NCBI GenBank assembly: GCA_963840035.1
Contig: CAWIXE010000002.1
Span: 928,001 to 992,000 of the forward strand
DNA: 64,000 nucleotides
Direction: 5' to 3'
From: a candidate division FCPU426 bacterium
Lineage (GTDB): Bacteria > Oederibacteriota > PGYV01 > Palsa-1178
Shown: piece after piece, positions 8,487 to 17,255 of the stretch
Layout of the letters: each line of letters starts with the position of its first letter
How positions within the stretch are numbered: position 1 is the stretch's first letter
Translations under genes and position numbers: made by a program
Notes under the pieces: model-generated
What the model saw: only the letters and a program-made list of their open reading frames with translations
Database searches by the model: none
What the model was told of the DNA's origin: nothing

Positions 8487-9842
8487 TCACTCCGCAGGGA
8501 ACTCCACGTTCATTATCATATTCATCACTGAATCTTCTGCCGCGGTTGTTGTTTTCTTCATGTTTTGGTCCGTATAATCAGTCCCTGTATAATCTATAAG
8601 TGTTATGTATTTCCCCTGCAATGTATAGTACATTTTCAGGTAATGTCTTGTATAAGCGGGGCATGCGCCTTCCTTTGTATCATACTCGGCTACTGCCCAC
8701 CCTTTTCCCGCAGGTTTTATTATGCTGATGCCGCAGAGATTATACTTCTCGTACGGTTCAGCAAGGCTCGGATGTTTTACAGCGTCAATTTCTGCCAGCT
8801 TTTTTTTGCGCAGTGCTTCAGCTATCGCTGGATTCTCCGGGGTGAATTGATCCTCCGGTATGCCCAGTGAATCTGAAGGTATAACGGATACTTTGAGCAG
8901 GGCTAACCCCGGACATGGCGTTTTTTGCATCATCATCAGCCTTTCGCCTTTTGCGCCTGCCGGCATCATCGTCCAGCTATCATCAGGCTGGATTGTCATG
9001 CCGTTAATCAGCTTGCCGCTTCCCGCCATAAATCCCATCGCTTTGTCCCGAATGCCGGGCAGCATCATAACAGAAGTAGCAGCCGCCACTATGGCCACAT
9101 AAAATAAAACAGAAAGGAAACATCCAAGAAATGTGTTCATGCCTTTTGTCTCTTCGGGTTTTACATTATTTGCCTTTTTATAAAGATTGTACATTACAAC
9201 TTTCAGCGACGTGAAAAACGGCCCAAGCAGGATGCCAATACCGGTCGACACCGCCAAAAAAACAATATTGTCTTTAAGAAAACTAATATGGCCGGTTTGT
9301 ATGATAATCTGGGTTGCGGCATTAGGCAATATATAAAAGAACAAGCATAAAAAAAAGACCGTCCAAAAGCGGCCTTTTACAGTCAGGGCGCTTACTTTTA
9401 ACGGGCTTGAAGATTTATCCTCCAGGACCGCGGCTTCCATCGCAAAGAACCTTGTAGTAAGCCAGTATATTCCGGGGAATACAAGCAACACAAGGCCCAG
9501 CAGCGATACTATCATGTAAATCATCATTGCCACAAAGCCTCTCAAAGCCTTTGAAGAACCGTTTGATACGGCGGCACTTATGTCAATCCTGCCTTCAAGG
9601 TGTGCCATGGATATGGCTGTTATCAGCGTAGAAACGCCCAGTAACGACAAAAGTACAGCAACCAGAAAGGCCGCCATTATAAATGGCGAGCTGCTTTTAA
9701 CGGCAATAACATAAAAAGACAGCGCCATAAGAGGCCCTATACTTATTATATTCATTATGATCAAAGTAAAATAGTTGCCAACACAAACAGAAAATGCATC
9801 CTTCAAAACTTCCGAAAACGCGGCTCCTGATTTTTTTGTCAT
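8487..9842 (-). CDS. Multi-pass membrane protein (GDPD-membrane-domain-like) with soluble C-terminal domain
   Basis: About 6-7 TM helices with LLLVFPGIYW...ALTVKGRFWTVF pattern. Confidence 0.6.
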   Translation of the reverse strand: MTKKSGAAFSEVLKDAFSVCVGNYFTLIIMNIISIGPLMALSFYVIAVKSSSPFIMAAFLVAVLLSLLGVSTLITAISMAHLEGRIDISAAVSNGSSKALRGFVAMMIYMIVSLLGLVLLVFPGIYWLTTRFFAMEAAVLEDKSSSPLKVSALTVKGRFWTVFFLCLFFYILPNAATQIIIQTGHISFLKDNIVFLAVSTGIGILLGPFFTSLKVVMYNLYKKANNVKPEETKGMNTFLGCFLSVLFYVAIVAAATSVMMLPGIRDKAMGFMAGSGKLINGMTIQPDDSWTMMPAGAKGERLMMMQKTPCPGLALLKVSVIPSDSLGIPEDQFTPENPAIAEALRKKKLAEIDAVKHPSLAEPYEKYNLCGISIIKPAGKGWAVAEYDTKEGACPAYTRHYLKMYYTLQGKYITLIDYTGTDYTDQNMKKTTTAAEDSVMNMIMNVEFPAE

Positions 9843-9891
9843 AACACCCCCATTAATAGTATTTATAAACAGTTTGAACTTAAAATAAAAA

Positions 9892-9970
9892 CCCCAATAC
9901 CGTGCCTTGACTCAAGTCTTTATTCAAATAAACGCATACTTTATCAGACATGTTGCTATTTCTTTGTAAA
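9892..9970 (-). repeat. Cassette-boundary repeat copy 5
   Basis: ccccaataccgtgccttgactcaagtctttattcaaataaacgc...tgttgctatttctttgtaaa. Confidence 0.85.
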
Positions 9971-10003
9971 CAAACATAAAATAAGCGTCGGGACCTGATT
10001 TAT

Positions 10004-10074
10004 ATTCACAAACCGGGGGCCGCCTGCTGTGTACCGGAATGAAATGACTGTTACATAGTCCCCGGTTTGTGAAT
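10004..10074. repeat. Inverted repeat, REP-like family B (ATTCACAAACCGGGG)
   Basis: attcacaaaccgggg ... ccccggtttgtgaat. Related copies at 16831-16867 and near 14945-15065. Confidence 0.75.
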
Positions 10075-10090
10075 TGGCCAGCCTTTCATA

Positions 10091-10495
10091 TTAACCCATC
10101 ATCTTCTTTGCCCAGTTAAAGTACCTGTCCGTTCTTTTATAAATTTCTTCAGCCTCTTTTTTCGTAAATATCCTGTCCATATACTCAACCTGATTTTTCA
10201 TCGCGATTATCCTTCCAAGCGCCGCGGCTTCATTGCCGGCTGAGCGGCCCAGTTTCTCTTCCATGAGCTTTATCACATCCCGGTGGTCCTTGCTTGTGCT
10301 CCTTATGCCGCATTTCTTTGCAAGGACGGCATCCGTGGCTGATATGGCGCAGTGCACGGCTTCAAGGCCTACTGAGTACCAGTTTTCATCTTTGTATGCG
10401 GCATTCATCGCCCTGAAAAAAGCGGACGCCTTATCCATGTATACGGCATGGCTTGAGTTTTCCACGTTTTCAAAGCCGCCATGTTTTATGTTCAT
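10091..10495 (-). CDS. HEPN domain protein, putative toxin
   Basis: HEPN pattern AVHCAISATDAVL...DHRDV...MKNQVEY. Overlaps the MNT gene stop by 4 nt. Confidence 0.8.
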   Translation of the reverse strand: MNIKHGGFENVENSSHAVYMDKASAFFRAMNAAYKDENWYSVGLEAVHCAISATDAVLAKKCGIRSTSKDHRDVIKLMEEKLGRSAGNEAAALGRIIAMKNQVEYMDRIFTKKEAEEIYKRTDRYFNWAKKMMG

Positions 10496-11106
10496 TTTAT
10501 CAGTTCCCCCATGTTCTTACCGTAAATCACCGTACCTGACCTGAATATTTCCATTACAAGCCCGTTCTTTTTCTTATAAGCGCCGCGGAATTCCGGGACG
10601 CTTAATATGGCCGGAGACAGCACATTACCGTATTTAGCGATAAAAAATCCGGATGCTTTGGATATCCTGTCGGCTGCCGCCTCTTTTTTATCAGCATCCC
10701 TGACCACCATCATGATGTCTATGTCGCTTTCCGCCGAATCTTTGCCTTTTGCCACGCTTCCGAAGAGTATTATGGATACAGTATCCGCTTTTGCCAGCCC
10801 TGCCAGGTCATGCGCAAGTTCTATCTTCAGATTTTCCTCAGCTTTAAATACCGGCTCGATTATGTCCCGCACATTAATATTGGACCTGTTTAAGGCATAA
10901 ACCGCGGTCCTGCCGCTTCCGTCCCTTTTTATGACGCCCAGCGCCGCCAGTTTCTTTAACTCAGAGGAGCAAGACTGGTGATTGATTCCCGCCATCCGCG
11001 CAAGAGCGCGGCCGGAATGAAGCCCCTGTGCCCCGCATAGCGCAGCGAGAAGCTTAATGGCTGTTTTATTTGAAAAAACACTTAATACCGCATTTTTAAA
11101 GATCAT
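10492..11106 (-). CDS. HTH plus minimal nucleotidyltransferase (MNT), putative antitoxin
   Basis: N-terminal wHTH (SGRALARMAGINH) and LFGSVAKG...ESDIDI motif. ATG at 11106. Confidence 0.85.
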   Translation of the reverse strand: MIFKNAVLSVFSNKTAIKLLAALCGAQGLHSGRALARMAGINHQSCSSELKKLAALGVIKRDGSGRTAVYALNRSNINVRDIIEPVFKAEENLKIELAHDLAGLAKADTVSIILFGSVAKGKDSAESDIDIMMVVRDADKKEAAADRISKASGFFIAKYGNVLSPAILSVPEFRGAYKKKNGLVMEIFRSGTVIYGKNMGELIK

Positions 11107-11126
11107 AGCCACCCCTGTCTTGTTTT

Positions 11127-11180
11127 GCAGACAATTGTCTGCTTTTATAGACAGTATATATCCTTTTACGCCCTTGTCAA
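11127..11180 (-). promoter_or_regulatory. Sigma70 promoter and operator palindrome of the MNT-HEPN module
   Basis: TTGACA (11175-11180), 16 nt, TATACT (11153-11158). Perfect palindrome GCAGACAATTGTCTGC at 11127-11142. Confidence 0.7.
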
Positions 11181-11208
11181 CATGAAAATTACAGCCAGAT
11201 AACACAAT

Positions 11209-11290
11209 CCCCAACACCGTACCTTGACTCAAGAAATTATTCAAATAAACGTCTTATTTTATTGGCCATGTTGCTATTTCTGCGTAAATA
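11209..11290 (-). repeat. Cassette-boundary repeat copy 6
   Basis: ccccaacaccgtaccttgactcaagaaattattcaaataaacgtcttattttattggccatgttgctatttctgcgtaaata. Confidence 0.85.
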
Positions 11291-11344
11291 AGCGAAAAAT
11301 ATGTGTCAAAAAGAACCGGCCTTTCCTAATAATTAAATAATGCT

Positions 11345-12097
11345 TTATTCACAATAAACAAAATACGCGCTTATCGACGTCGCGATGGGGTTCGTCGCGT
11401 ATGTGCCGCTTGCCGGCAAGCCTGCCGAAAAATCCGACCATGCAGAGCCGCACGCGTACAGCCCATTTCCGTCTGATATCAGGATAGACCCCTCAGCAAC
11501 CGTGCCTATCCAGTAGGTGCCGGCGTTTAATGTCGTCAAGGGGAAAACAAAGGCATTAAAAGAGTTATAAGTCATGGCAACGCCGGAAGTTTCGCTTATC
11601 AAAGCGCCCGGCGAGCCTGTGTTGTCCGCATATATCCCTATCCTGTACTGTTTTCCTATATTGCCGGCTTCATTTCCCACGCCGAACATGACGTAATTGA
11701 AAGTGATATCTGAAGCCAGCGTATAGCTGCTTATCAGCATGCAATTGGAGGCCCAGTTGTAGGAAACGGCCATATTCCCGATAAGGTTTCCGCCGCACAC
11801 CAGCGAAGTGGGAGTCACCGTGCAGGTGGCAGTCGCGGTCTCAGTGGCAGTCTCAGACACAGTGCCGGTGCATGTAGCCGAGCTTGTTTCCGTAATCGTA
11901 ATGGTTCCGGTGAGCGTGACGGTCATCGTCGGCGTTTGAGATGCTGTTGCGGTTTCCGTCATAGTCCCCGTTTGAATTATTGTCCGCGTCATGGTAACTG
12001 TAGCCGTCATTTCTCCCACCGCAGTGTTCTCCGGCCCTGACGGCGCTTTTTTATTGCATCCGTAACAAATCAACAAAAAAACTGCCAATAAGATCAT
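11345..12097 (-). CDS. Lipoprotein with Thr-rich stalk and beta-sandwich C-terminal domain
   Basis: CYGC-NKKAPSGP lipobox, TxT linker, YRIGIYADNTGSPG...AGTYWIG head. Start uncertain because of an A7 tract. Confidence 0.7.
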   Translation of the reverse strand: MILLAVFLLICYGCNKKAPSGPENTAVGEMTATVTMTRTIIQTGTMTETATASQTPTMTVTLTGTITITETSSATCTGTVSETATETATATCTVTPTSLVCGGNLIGNMAVSYNWASNCMLISSYTLASDITFNYVMFGVGNEAGNIGKQYRIGIYADNTGSPGALISETSGVAMTYNSFNAFVFPLTTLNAGTYWIGTVAEGSILISDGNGLYACGSAWSDFSAGLPASGTYATNPIATSISAYFVYCE

Positions 12098-12149
12098 GTT
12101 TTTTTCATACTTCCCCTCCATTTTATCCCGGTGTCCGGTATTAAATCAA

Positions 12150-12183
12150 CAACACTGTGCCTTGACAATTGACTTTGCTCAAA
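12150..12183 (-). repeat. Cassette-boundary repeat copy 7 (short)
   Basis: caacactgtgccttgacaattgactttgctcaaa. Confidence 0.85.
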
Positions 12184-12186
12184 CGT

Positions 12187-12375
12187 AAAAAGGTGTCAGA
12201 CCTGATTCATGATTCTATCCTTCGACAGGCTCAGGATTATATTTCCTCTGCCGCAGGCATGCCTATCCCGCATAGTTATTTTATGGATTGTTTGAAAAGA
12301 ATCTTCCCGATAACCCCGGTTCACCATCACAGCTCCCAGTTTTCAGTCGTATGCCCCACAAGCCATCCTATCACA
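12187..12375. repeat. About 185-bp dispersed repeat, copy A (copy B at 19075-19254)
   Basis: Shared cctgattcatgattctatccttcgacaggctcaggatt...ttatggattgtttgaaaagaatct...tatgccccacaagccatcct. Confidence 0.85.
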
Positions 12376-12420
12376 ATATGCAGTACATTGCAACCAATAC
12401 CGGTTTGTCGTTATTGTACA

Positions 12421-13620
12421 CGTAAGTTGCAACAATTAAAACCCCACCCCAACCAACTGAGGCATTTTTCTTGTAAAGATTTGATTTGTCATTTGTGTCG
12501 CAGTTTCGTATCCAATTACCTTTCTGGGGTAATTGTTCATCCATGTCTCTATTTTCTTGATTTCCTTATTGCTTATAGGGCCTATGCTGGTTCCCTTGGG
12601 TATAAACCGTCTTATCATCCTGTTTGAGTTCTCGTTTGTACCTCTTTCACAGGAACAATAAGGGTGAGCAAAATATATATTTGTCCTTTTTTGTCCATTA
12701 AATACTTTGCTGGCTTCTAAAAACTCCCAGTTCAAGAACTCCGAGCCATTATCTGCCGTGATACTCTTAAAAATATCCTTAAAATTTTCTTTGTATTTCT
12801 GTTCCAACTTCGTCAGAACTCTGTCGACTTCTTCATTTGAGGCTGACTTCATTTTCTCAATTATTTCCTTTCTTGTCTTCCTTTCACTCAACGTCAACAA
12901 ACATTTTTTATCCCCTTGCTTTCCTTTGACGCAATCGATTTCCCAGTGACCGTATTCAGATCTTTCATTGGCCTCTTTTGGTCTGTCTTCTATGCTCTTG
13001 CAAAGTCTGTTCTTATCGAAAACACGCACTCTTTTGTTCTTGTTTTTCCTTTTGCGTTTCATCCATAAATCCTCATTGCTTATGCCATAAAAAACTTCTT
13101 TGCCTATATAGTTATAAATGGTTTTTGCACTTAAAGTCACAGTAAATTTCTGTTCTTTGTTCTTGATTGTTGCTGCAACCGCGGCCGGAGAGTATCGGTC
13201 TTTCTTTATGGTTAGTTCTATGTATTCAGCCAGTTTGTGGTCGCTGCCTATCTTTAATCCTGGTCCTTTGTGCTTTGACTTTTCATCATGTATTTCCTGG
13301 CCTATGTGCGCTTTATATACCTTCCGGGTTGTTAAATCACTATTCAACAGCTCAATCGTGCCTCTTTTTATCTCTCTGTTTATCGTCCTGTGATTTCTAC
13401 CCAACAAACGGCCTATCTCGCGACCTGTTAATTTCTTCTGCCGTAAAGCCTCAATCTTGTATCTTTCGCTTTCCCTTAAATACGTTCTTGTGGTACTATT
13501 TACTTGTCCCATCAGTCCAGCTCCTTTGGTTTATGTTTGGTCGCACTTACATAATACCATCAGTTGTTCTGTTGGGACTTTTTCTTTTTCTATGTGGGGT
13601 TTTTCATCTTACACTTTTTA
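12421..13620 (-). mobile_element. IS30-family insertion sequence, 1200 bp
   Basis: Imperfect 27-nt terminal IRs ending AAAACCCCAC. Flanked exactly by the 16-bp direct repeat ttgtcgttattgtaca (12405-12420 and 13621-13636). Confidence 0.9.
12436..13512 (-). CDS. IS30 family DDE transposase
   Basis: HTH (TINREIKRG), GHWEIDCV, ITADNGSEF, ERGTNENSNRMIRRFIPKG. Appears intact. Confidence 0.95.
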   Translation of the reverse strand: MGQVNSTTRTYLRESERYKIEALRQKKLTGREIGRLLGRNHRTINREIKRGTIELLNSDLTTRKVYKAHIGQEIHDEKSKHKGPGLKIGSDHKLAEYIELTIKKDRYSPAAVAATIKNKEQKFTVTLSAKTIYNYIGKEVFYGISNEDLWMKRKRKNKNKRVRVFDKNRLCKSIEDRPKEANERSEYGHWEIDCVKGKQGDKKCLLTLSERKTRKEIIEKMKSASNEEVDRVLTKLEQKYKENFKDIFKSITADNGSEFLNWEFLEASKVFNGQKRTNIYFAHPYCSCERGTNENSNRMIRRFIPKGTSIGPISNKEIKKIETWMNNYPRKVIGYETATQMTNQIFTRKMPQLVGVGF

Positions 13621-13632
13621 TTGTCGTTATTG

Positions 13633-13827
13633 TACATAATAGTGTGTAAATTCATTTTGGCCGTTAATTATGTTTGTTTCCATTATAAACGGCTTCCCCC
13701 CTCTCCTCTTTAGGAGAGGGGCAGGGGTGAGGTGAAACCAATTGGCTTGTTCCCCTCACCCTACCCTCTCCCATATGGGAGAGGGAAAAAATAACAAATC
13801 AGTTTACACACAATTAATGACAGTATC
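13633..13827. repeat. About 195-bp MITE/REPIN-like element, copy A
   Basis: Sub-terminal gtgtgtaaa/tttacacac IRs and inner hairpins cctctcc/ggagagg and ccctcaccctaccctctccc/gggagaggg. Copy B at 37743-37934. Confidence 0.85.
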
Positions 13828-14006
13828 CGGTTTGTCGGGTGCCGGAGTCTGTATTCCCATTTCAATCCCTCGCGTCTTCTCAGAGGCCTCTCAGTCGAAC
13901 CGGGGTCGGGCTTTCACATTTTTCGAGTCAATTTTCCTATATAAATGTTGCCATATTATACAGGTTTCTGTATACTACATGCAAAATTACACCCTGGGAG
14001 ATCAAT

Positions 14007-14693
14007 ATGAAAAAAGTTCTCGTTCCTTTGTTTGTTTTATTCGTTGTTTTGCACGCCATTATCGCCGGATGCAAGAATAACCCGGCCCCTGCAGGCCCGT
14101 CCGGCCCTTCCGGCACGGCTACAGTAACGGCTACCTGCACTTTATCGCCTACAATTACATGCACGCCTTCAGCGTCAGCCACCGTTACCCCCACCATCAC
14201 CCCGAATAATTCAGCCGCGTCATTTGACTTTGAAAGCGGCACCCAGGGCTGGGGAAATACGGGATACGCGGCTGTCATAGACGAATCCCTGAGCACTGCC
14301 AGAGCGCACGGAGGCGCCTCGTCGATTATGATCAGCTGCAGTTTCACCAATACAAATTATATGGTTTCGCTTGTAAAGTATTTTTTCCCGGATTACTACA
14401 ACTTCAAGGGAAAGACTTTTTCAGCGTGGATATATGTCCCGGCAACGATGGGAATATTGTCCCCTTCGTACAGCACCCGGCTTTATATGTGCGACCTGAG
14501 CGGATGGCATTACGTGGTCGGCCCGGCGCTCACATCAACGGACATGTGGCAAAATATAACTATATCCGTCCCTGATGACATGGCCATGGATAATTATATT
14601 CAAAGGATAGAATTCTGGGTATGTAAATCATTACCGTCGACAACACCTGACTGGACCGGGATTATTTACCTGGATGATGTGTCTTGGTTTTAG
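14007..14693 (+). CDS. Lipoprotein with Thr-rich stalk and carbohydrate-binding-like domain
   Basis: IAGC-KNNPAPAGP, FDFESGTQGW...IYLDDVSW jelly-roll ends. ATG at 14007 after GGGAG. Confidence 0.75.
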   Translation: MKKVLVPLFVLFVVLHAIIAGCKNNPAPAGPSGPSGTATVTATCTLSPTITCTPSASATVTPTITPNNSAASFDFESGTQGWGNTGYAAVIDESLSTARAHGGASSIMISCSFTNTNYMVSLVKYFFPDYYNFKGKTFSAWIYVPATMGILSPSYSTRLYMCDLSGWHYVVGPALTSTDMWQNITISVPDDMAMDNYIQRIEFWVCKSLPSTTPDWTGIIYLDDVSWF

Positions 14694-14819
14694 TCCTCCA
14701 GAGCAATTAGCTAATTACGCGATACAGGACACGGCATCCAGTTTTACTTCCAGTCCGGCCTGCTTCTGCCTATGACATTATTGGACAATACAAGCGGTGT
14801 GTTTCCGTCAACGAGATTT

Positions 14820-14896
14820 CCAACACCGTGACTTGACAATTGGCATTGTTCAAATAAACGCCATATTTAATTGGCCACGCTGCTATTTCTTCGTAA
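14820..14896 (-). repeat. Cassette-boundary repeat copy 8
   Basis: ccaacaccgtgacttgacaattggcattgttcaaataaacgccatatttaattggccacgctgctatttcttcgtaa. Confidence 0.85.
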
Positions 14897-15094
14897 CTTT
14901 CCATACCAACACAATCCAACACCATACCCAACGAAATCTCCCTTTTCACAAATTGGGGTCCCCTTCGGAAAGCCCGGGGTTTTCTATACATTGGCAATCT
15001 CCCGAGCCTGTCGAAGGAGACCCAACCCCGTGAAACATTTCGCCGCCTCCAACCAATTCACAAACATACGATCGCCCCGGTTCCGTTTAAAACA

Positions 15095-15742
15095 TTATTT
15101 AAAATTATCCAGTATTTTTCCGCGCATATTTTTGTATTCCTCTTCCGTGATAACTTTTTTATCTTTCAGCGCTTTAAGGTCATTCAGTTTCTGCTCCAGA
15201 GGGGAGACGGATGTGGCTGCCTCAGGCTGACCGGCTGTGGACACGGCCTTTTGACGAAAATATTTGTCACACGATGTATTCTCAGATGGCGGCATCTTGC
15301 CCCATTTATCATGGAACTTTTCGTCCCCTCCCGACGCTTCTTCCGCAGTTTTACCCCCTGACAGAACTTTATATTCAAAATACCTCAGTATCTGTTCCTT
15401 ATCAAAGAGAAACCAGTACTCAGTCCCGCTATTCACGCTGTATTCCTCGGCTTCCGTCACTGATGACGCGTCAGAGAAATAATCCCCGTCCTTGTACTGT
15501 GTCTTGAAGCGCTGCTTTGTGACGGCTTTTAAGTTGCCAAATTCTATTGCTATCATGTCGCAGTTGCCTATGCTTCCGCCCGGCTGCGGGCAGCAGGTTC
15601 CGGACATGGCGGCCAGTACGTCCGCATATGTGGCAGTGCCCACCATAGGCTTGAACTTATCCTTTACCTTATGGTTTACAGTTGCACATCCGTTCAAAAG
15701 AAAAAAAGATATTGTTAAGACCAAAGCAAACATCCTTTTCAT
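15095..15742 (-). CDS. Lipoprotein with C-terminal SHOCT domain
   Basis: LNGC lipobox and LNDLKALKDKKVITEEEYKNMRGKIL. Confidence 0.8.
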   Translation of the reverse strand: MKRMFALVLTISFFLLNGCATVNHKVKDKFKPMVGTATYADVLAAMSGTCCPQPGGSIGNCDMIAIEFGNLKAVTKQRFKTQYKDGDYFSDASSVTEAEEYSVNSGTEYWFLFDKEQILRYFEYKVLSGGKTAEEASGGDEKFHDKWGKMPPSENTSCDKYFRQKAVSTAGQPEAATSVSPLEQKLNDLKALKDKKVITEEEYKNMRGKILDNFK

Positions 15743-15869
15743 CGCAAACCTCCCACACCTGACTATTTGTTTTTAATGATAAAGTCTCATCACTTCAACC
15801 CCACTGCTAAACCCATTAAAAATGGCGTCAGACAGAACCCGAATCATGAACATTTCGCGAAAGAGTCAG

Positions 15870-16568
15870 TTAGTAATCAAAGTCCACGCTGTCGACGTAA
15901 ATATTACCGCCTGTGACAACTGGCAGGCTTTCATTTCTTGCGAATATCCATATGCCTTCCAGGAGGGCTTGTGCGCCCGTCGGAGGTGGATTTGCGGCTG
16001 TGTCCCATACAAAGTGCTGCCATTCCCCGGTGCCGTCCGCATAGCCAAGGTTTTGCCAGTGTGTAAAAAATAAAAGCGTACTCATGCCTATGCCTATTTG
16101 GTATCCCGCCATGCCCGGCGGGCATTTGATGTAAAAGCTTATGACGTGTCCTGTCACATCTAAGCCGCCCGGATAATAACAATAAAATATTTCATCGCCT
16201 GTATCCACAGCGCTATACATGGATCCGGGCGGGTCAAAATAATTCCCGGAGGTATAACCCAGGCTATTCAACGAACTAAACGTCCAGTTGGGTAATTCCG
16301 CGGCCGATGAAAAAGAATAATCAGCGCCGGGTATAACCGCGGTAGCGGTTTCAAGCGGCGTGTTTGTATTTGTGGCTGTCGAAGTAGGCGTTGCCGTGGC
16401 GGTTATAGTGGAAGTAACCGTTATAGTAGCCGTATCAGCCGGAGTGGCAGTCATGGTTACAGTTGAGGAAGGTGTAATACCGGCCAAAGGATTAGCAGGA
16501 GACTTCTTCTTACATGAAACAAGAGATAAAGCAATAACCGCAACAAGTAAAAAAGCTAACTTTTTCAT
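15870..16568 (-). CDS. Lipoprotein with Thr-rich stalk and CBM-like head
   Basis: LVSC-KKKSPANP, TxT linker, NIYVDSVDF end. Confidence 0.75.
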   Translation of the reverse strand: MKKLAFLLVAVIALSLVSCKKKSPANPLAGITPSSTVTMTATPADTATITVTSTITATATPTSTATNTNTPLETATAVIPGADYSFSSAAELPNWTFSSLNSLGYTSGNYFDPPGSMYSAVDTGDEIFYCYYPGGLDVTGHVISFYIKCPPGMAGYQIGIGMSTLLFFTHWQNLGYADGTGEWQHFVWDTAANPPPTGAQALLEGIWIFARNESLPVVTGGNIYVDSVDFDY

Positions 16569-16920
16569 TTTTCCTCCGTTAATTTATATGTCATTCCCGC
16601 ACGAAAAATTGGTGTCAGTGGCTGATTCATGATTCTATTACAACAACACAAACAGACCTATCCCACAAAGCAACTAAATGGTTTGTCTGAAAAGAATTGT
16701 CCTCAAATATTAAATCCCGCATATCCCCTCCGCGCAGTCAGGAACCGAATTTAAGTATGTCTTATTATACCACTTCGGGGCTTATTTGTAATTGACCTTT
16801 TAGGCATTCCAGTCGGTCACACTGCCATCCAATTCACAAACCGGGGACAGTCCCCATTTTGTGAATTAGCTGTTAAAATCATTCACAAAAACAAATCTGT
16901 AAATTACCCCTGTTTTTGCT

Positions 16921-17127
16921 TTATGTCATGTCCGTTGTTTTTACCGTCCTGCCGGACTTGTCATATGTCACCCATTTGCCCGTCTGTTTACCATCCTTAA
17001 ACCATCCCTGCCGCATTTTGGAGCCGTCTTTCCTGTACCATTCCCAGTACCCGTGCTTTATGTCTTTTTCCAGGTTCCCTTTCGCATATATACTGCCATA
17101 CTTATTTGAGCGTGTAGTTAAATCAAC
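16921..17127 (-). pseudogene. 5'-truncated MORN-variant (YwqK-like) small protein
   Basis: Manual translation ...GSIYAKGNLEKDIKHGYWEWYRKDGSKMRQGWFKDGKQTGKWVTYDKSGRTVKTTDMT*. No upstream ATG, abuts repeat copy 9. Confidence 0.65.
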
Positions 17128-17128
17128 T

Positions 17129-17184
17129 CCCAGGACCGTGCCTCGACAATAGACATCGTCCCAAAATCCGCCTTATTTTATTGA
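17129..17184 (-). repeat. Cassette-boundary repeat copy 9 (degenerate)
   Basis: cccaggaccgtgcctcgacaatagacatcgtcccaaaatccgccttattttattga. Confidence 0.75.
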
Positions 17185-17255
17185 ACCAAGGTCTTTGAGC
17201 AAAAATGTGGCTGTCCCTTTTTTACTATAACAGGCCCGACGCTATTATTTTGACT

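Noticed and set aside
13630..13652. dif-like site (gtacataatagtgtgtaaat)
   Set aside because: Spacing and the XerD arm do not match the dif consensus. It is better explained as the end of the 195-bp repeat.
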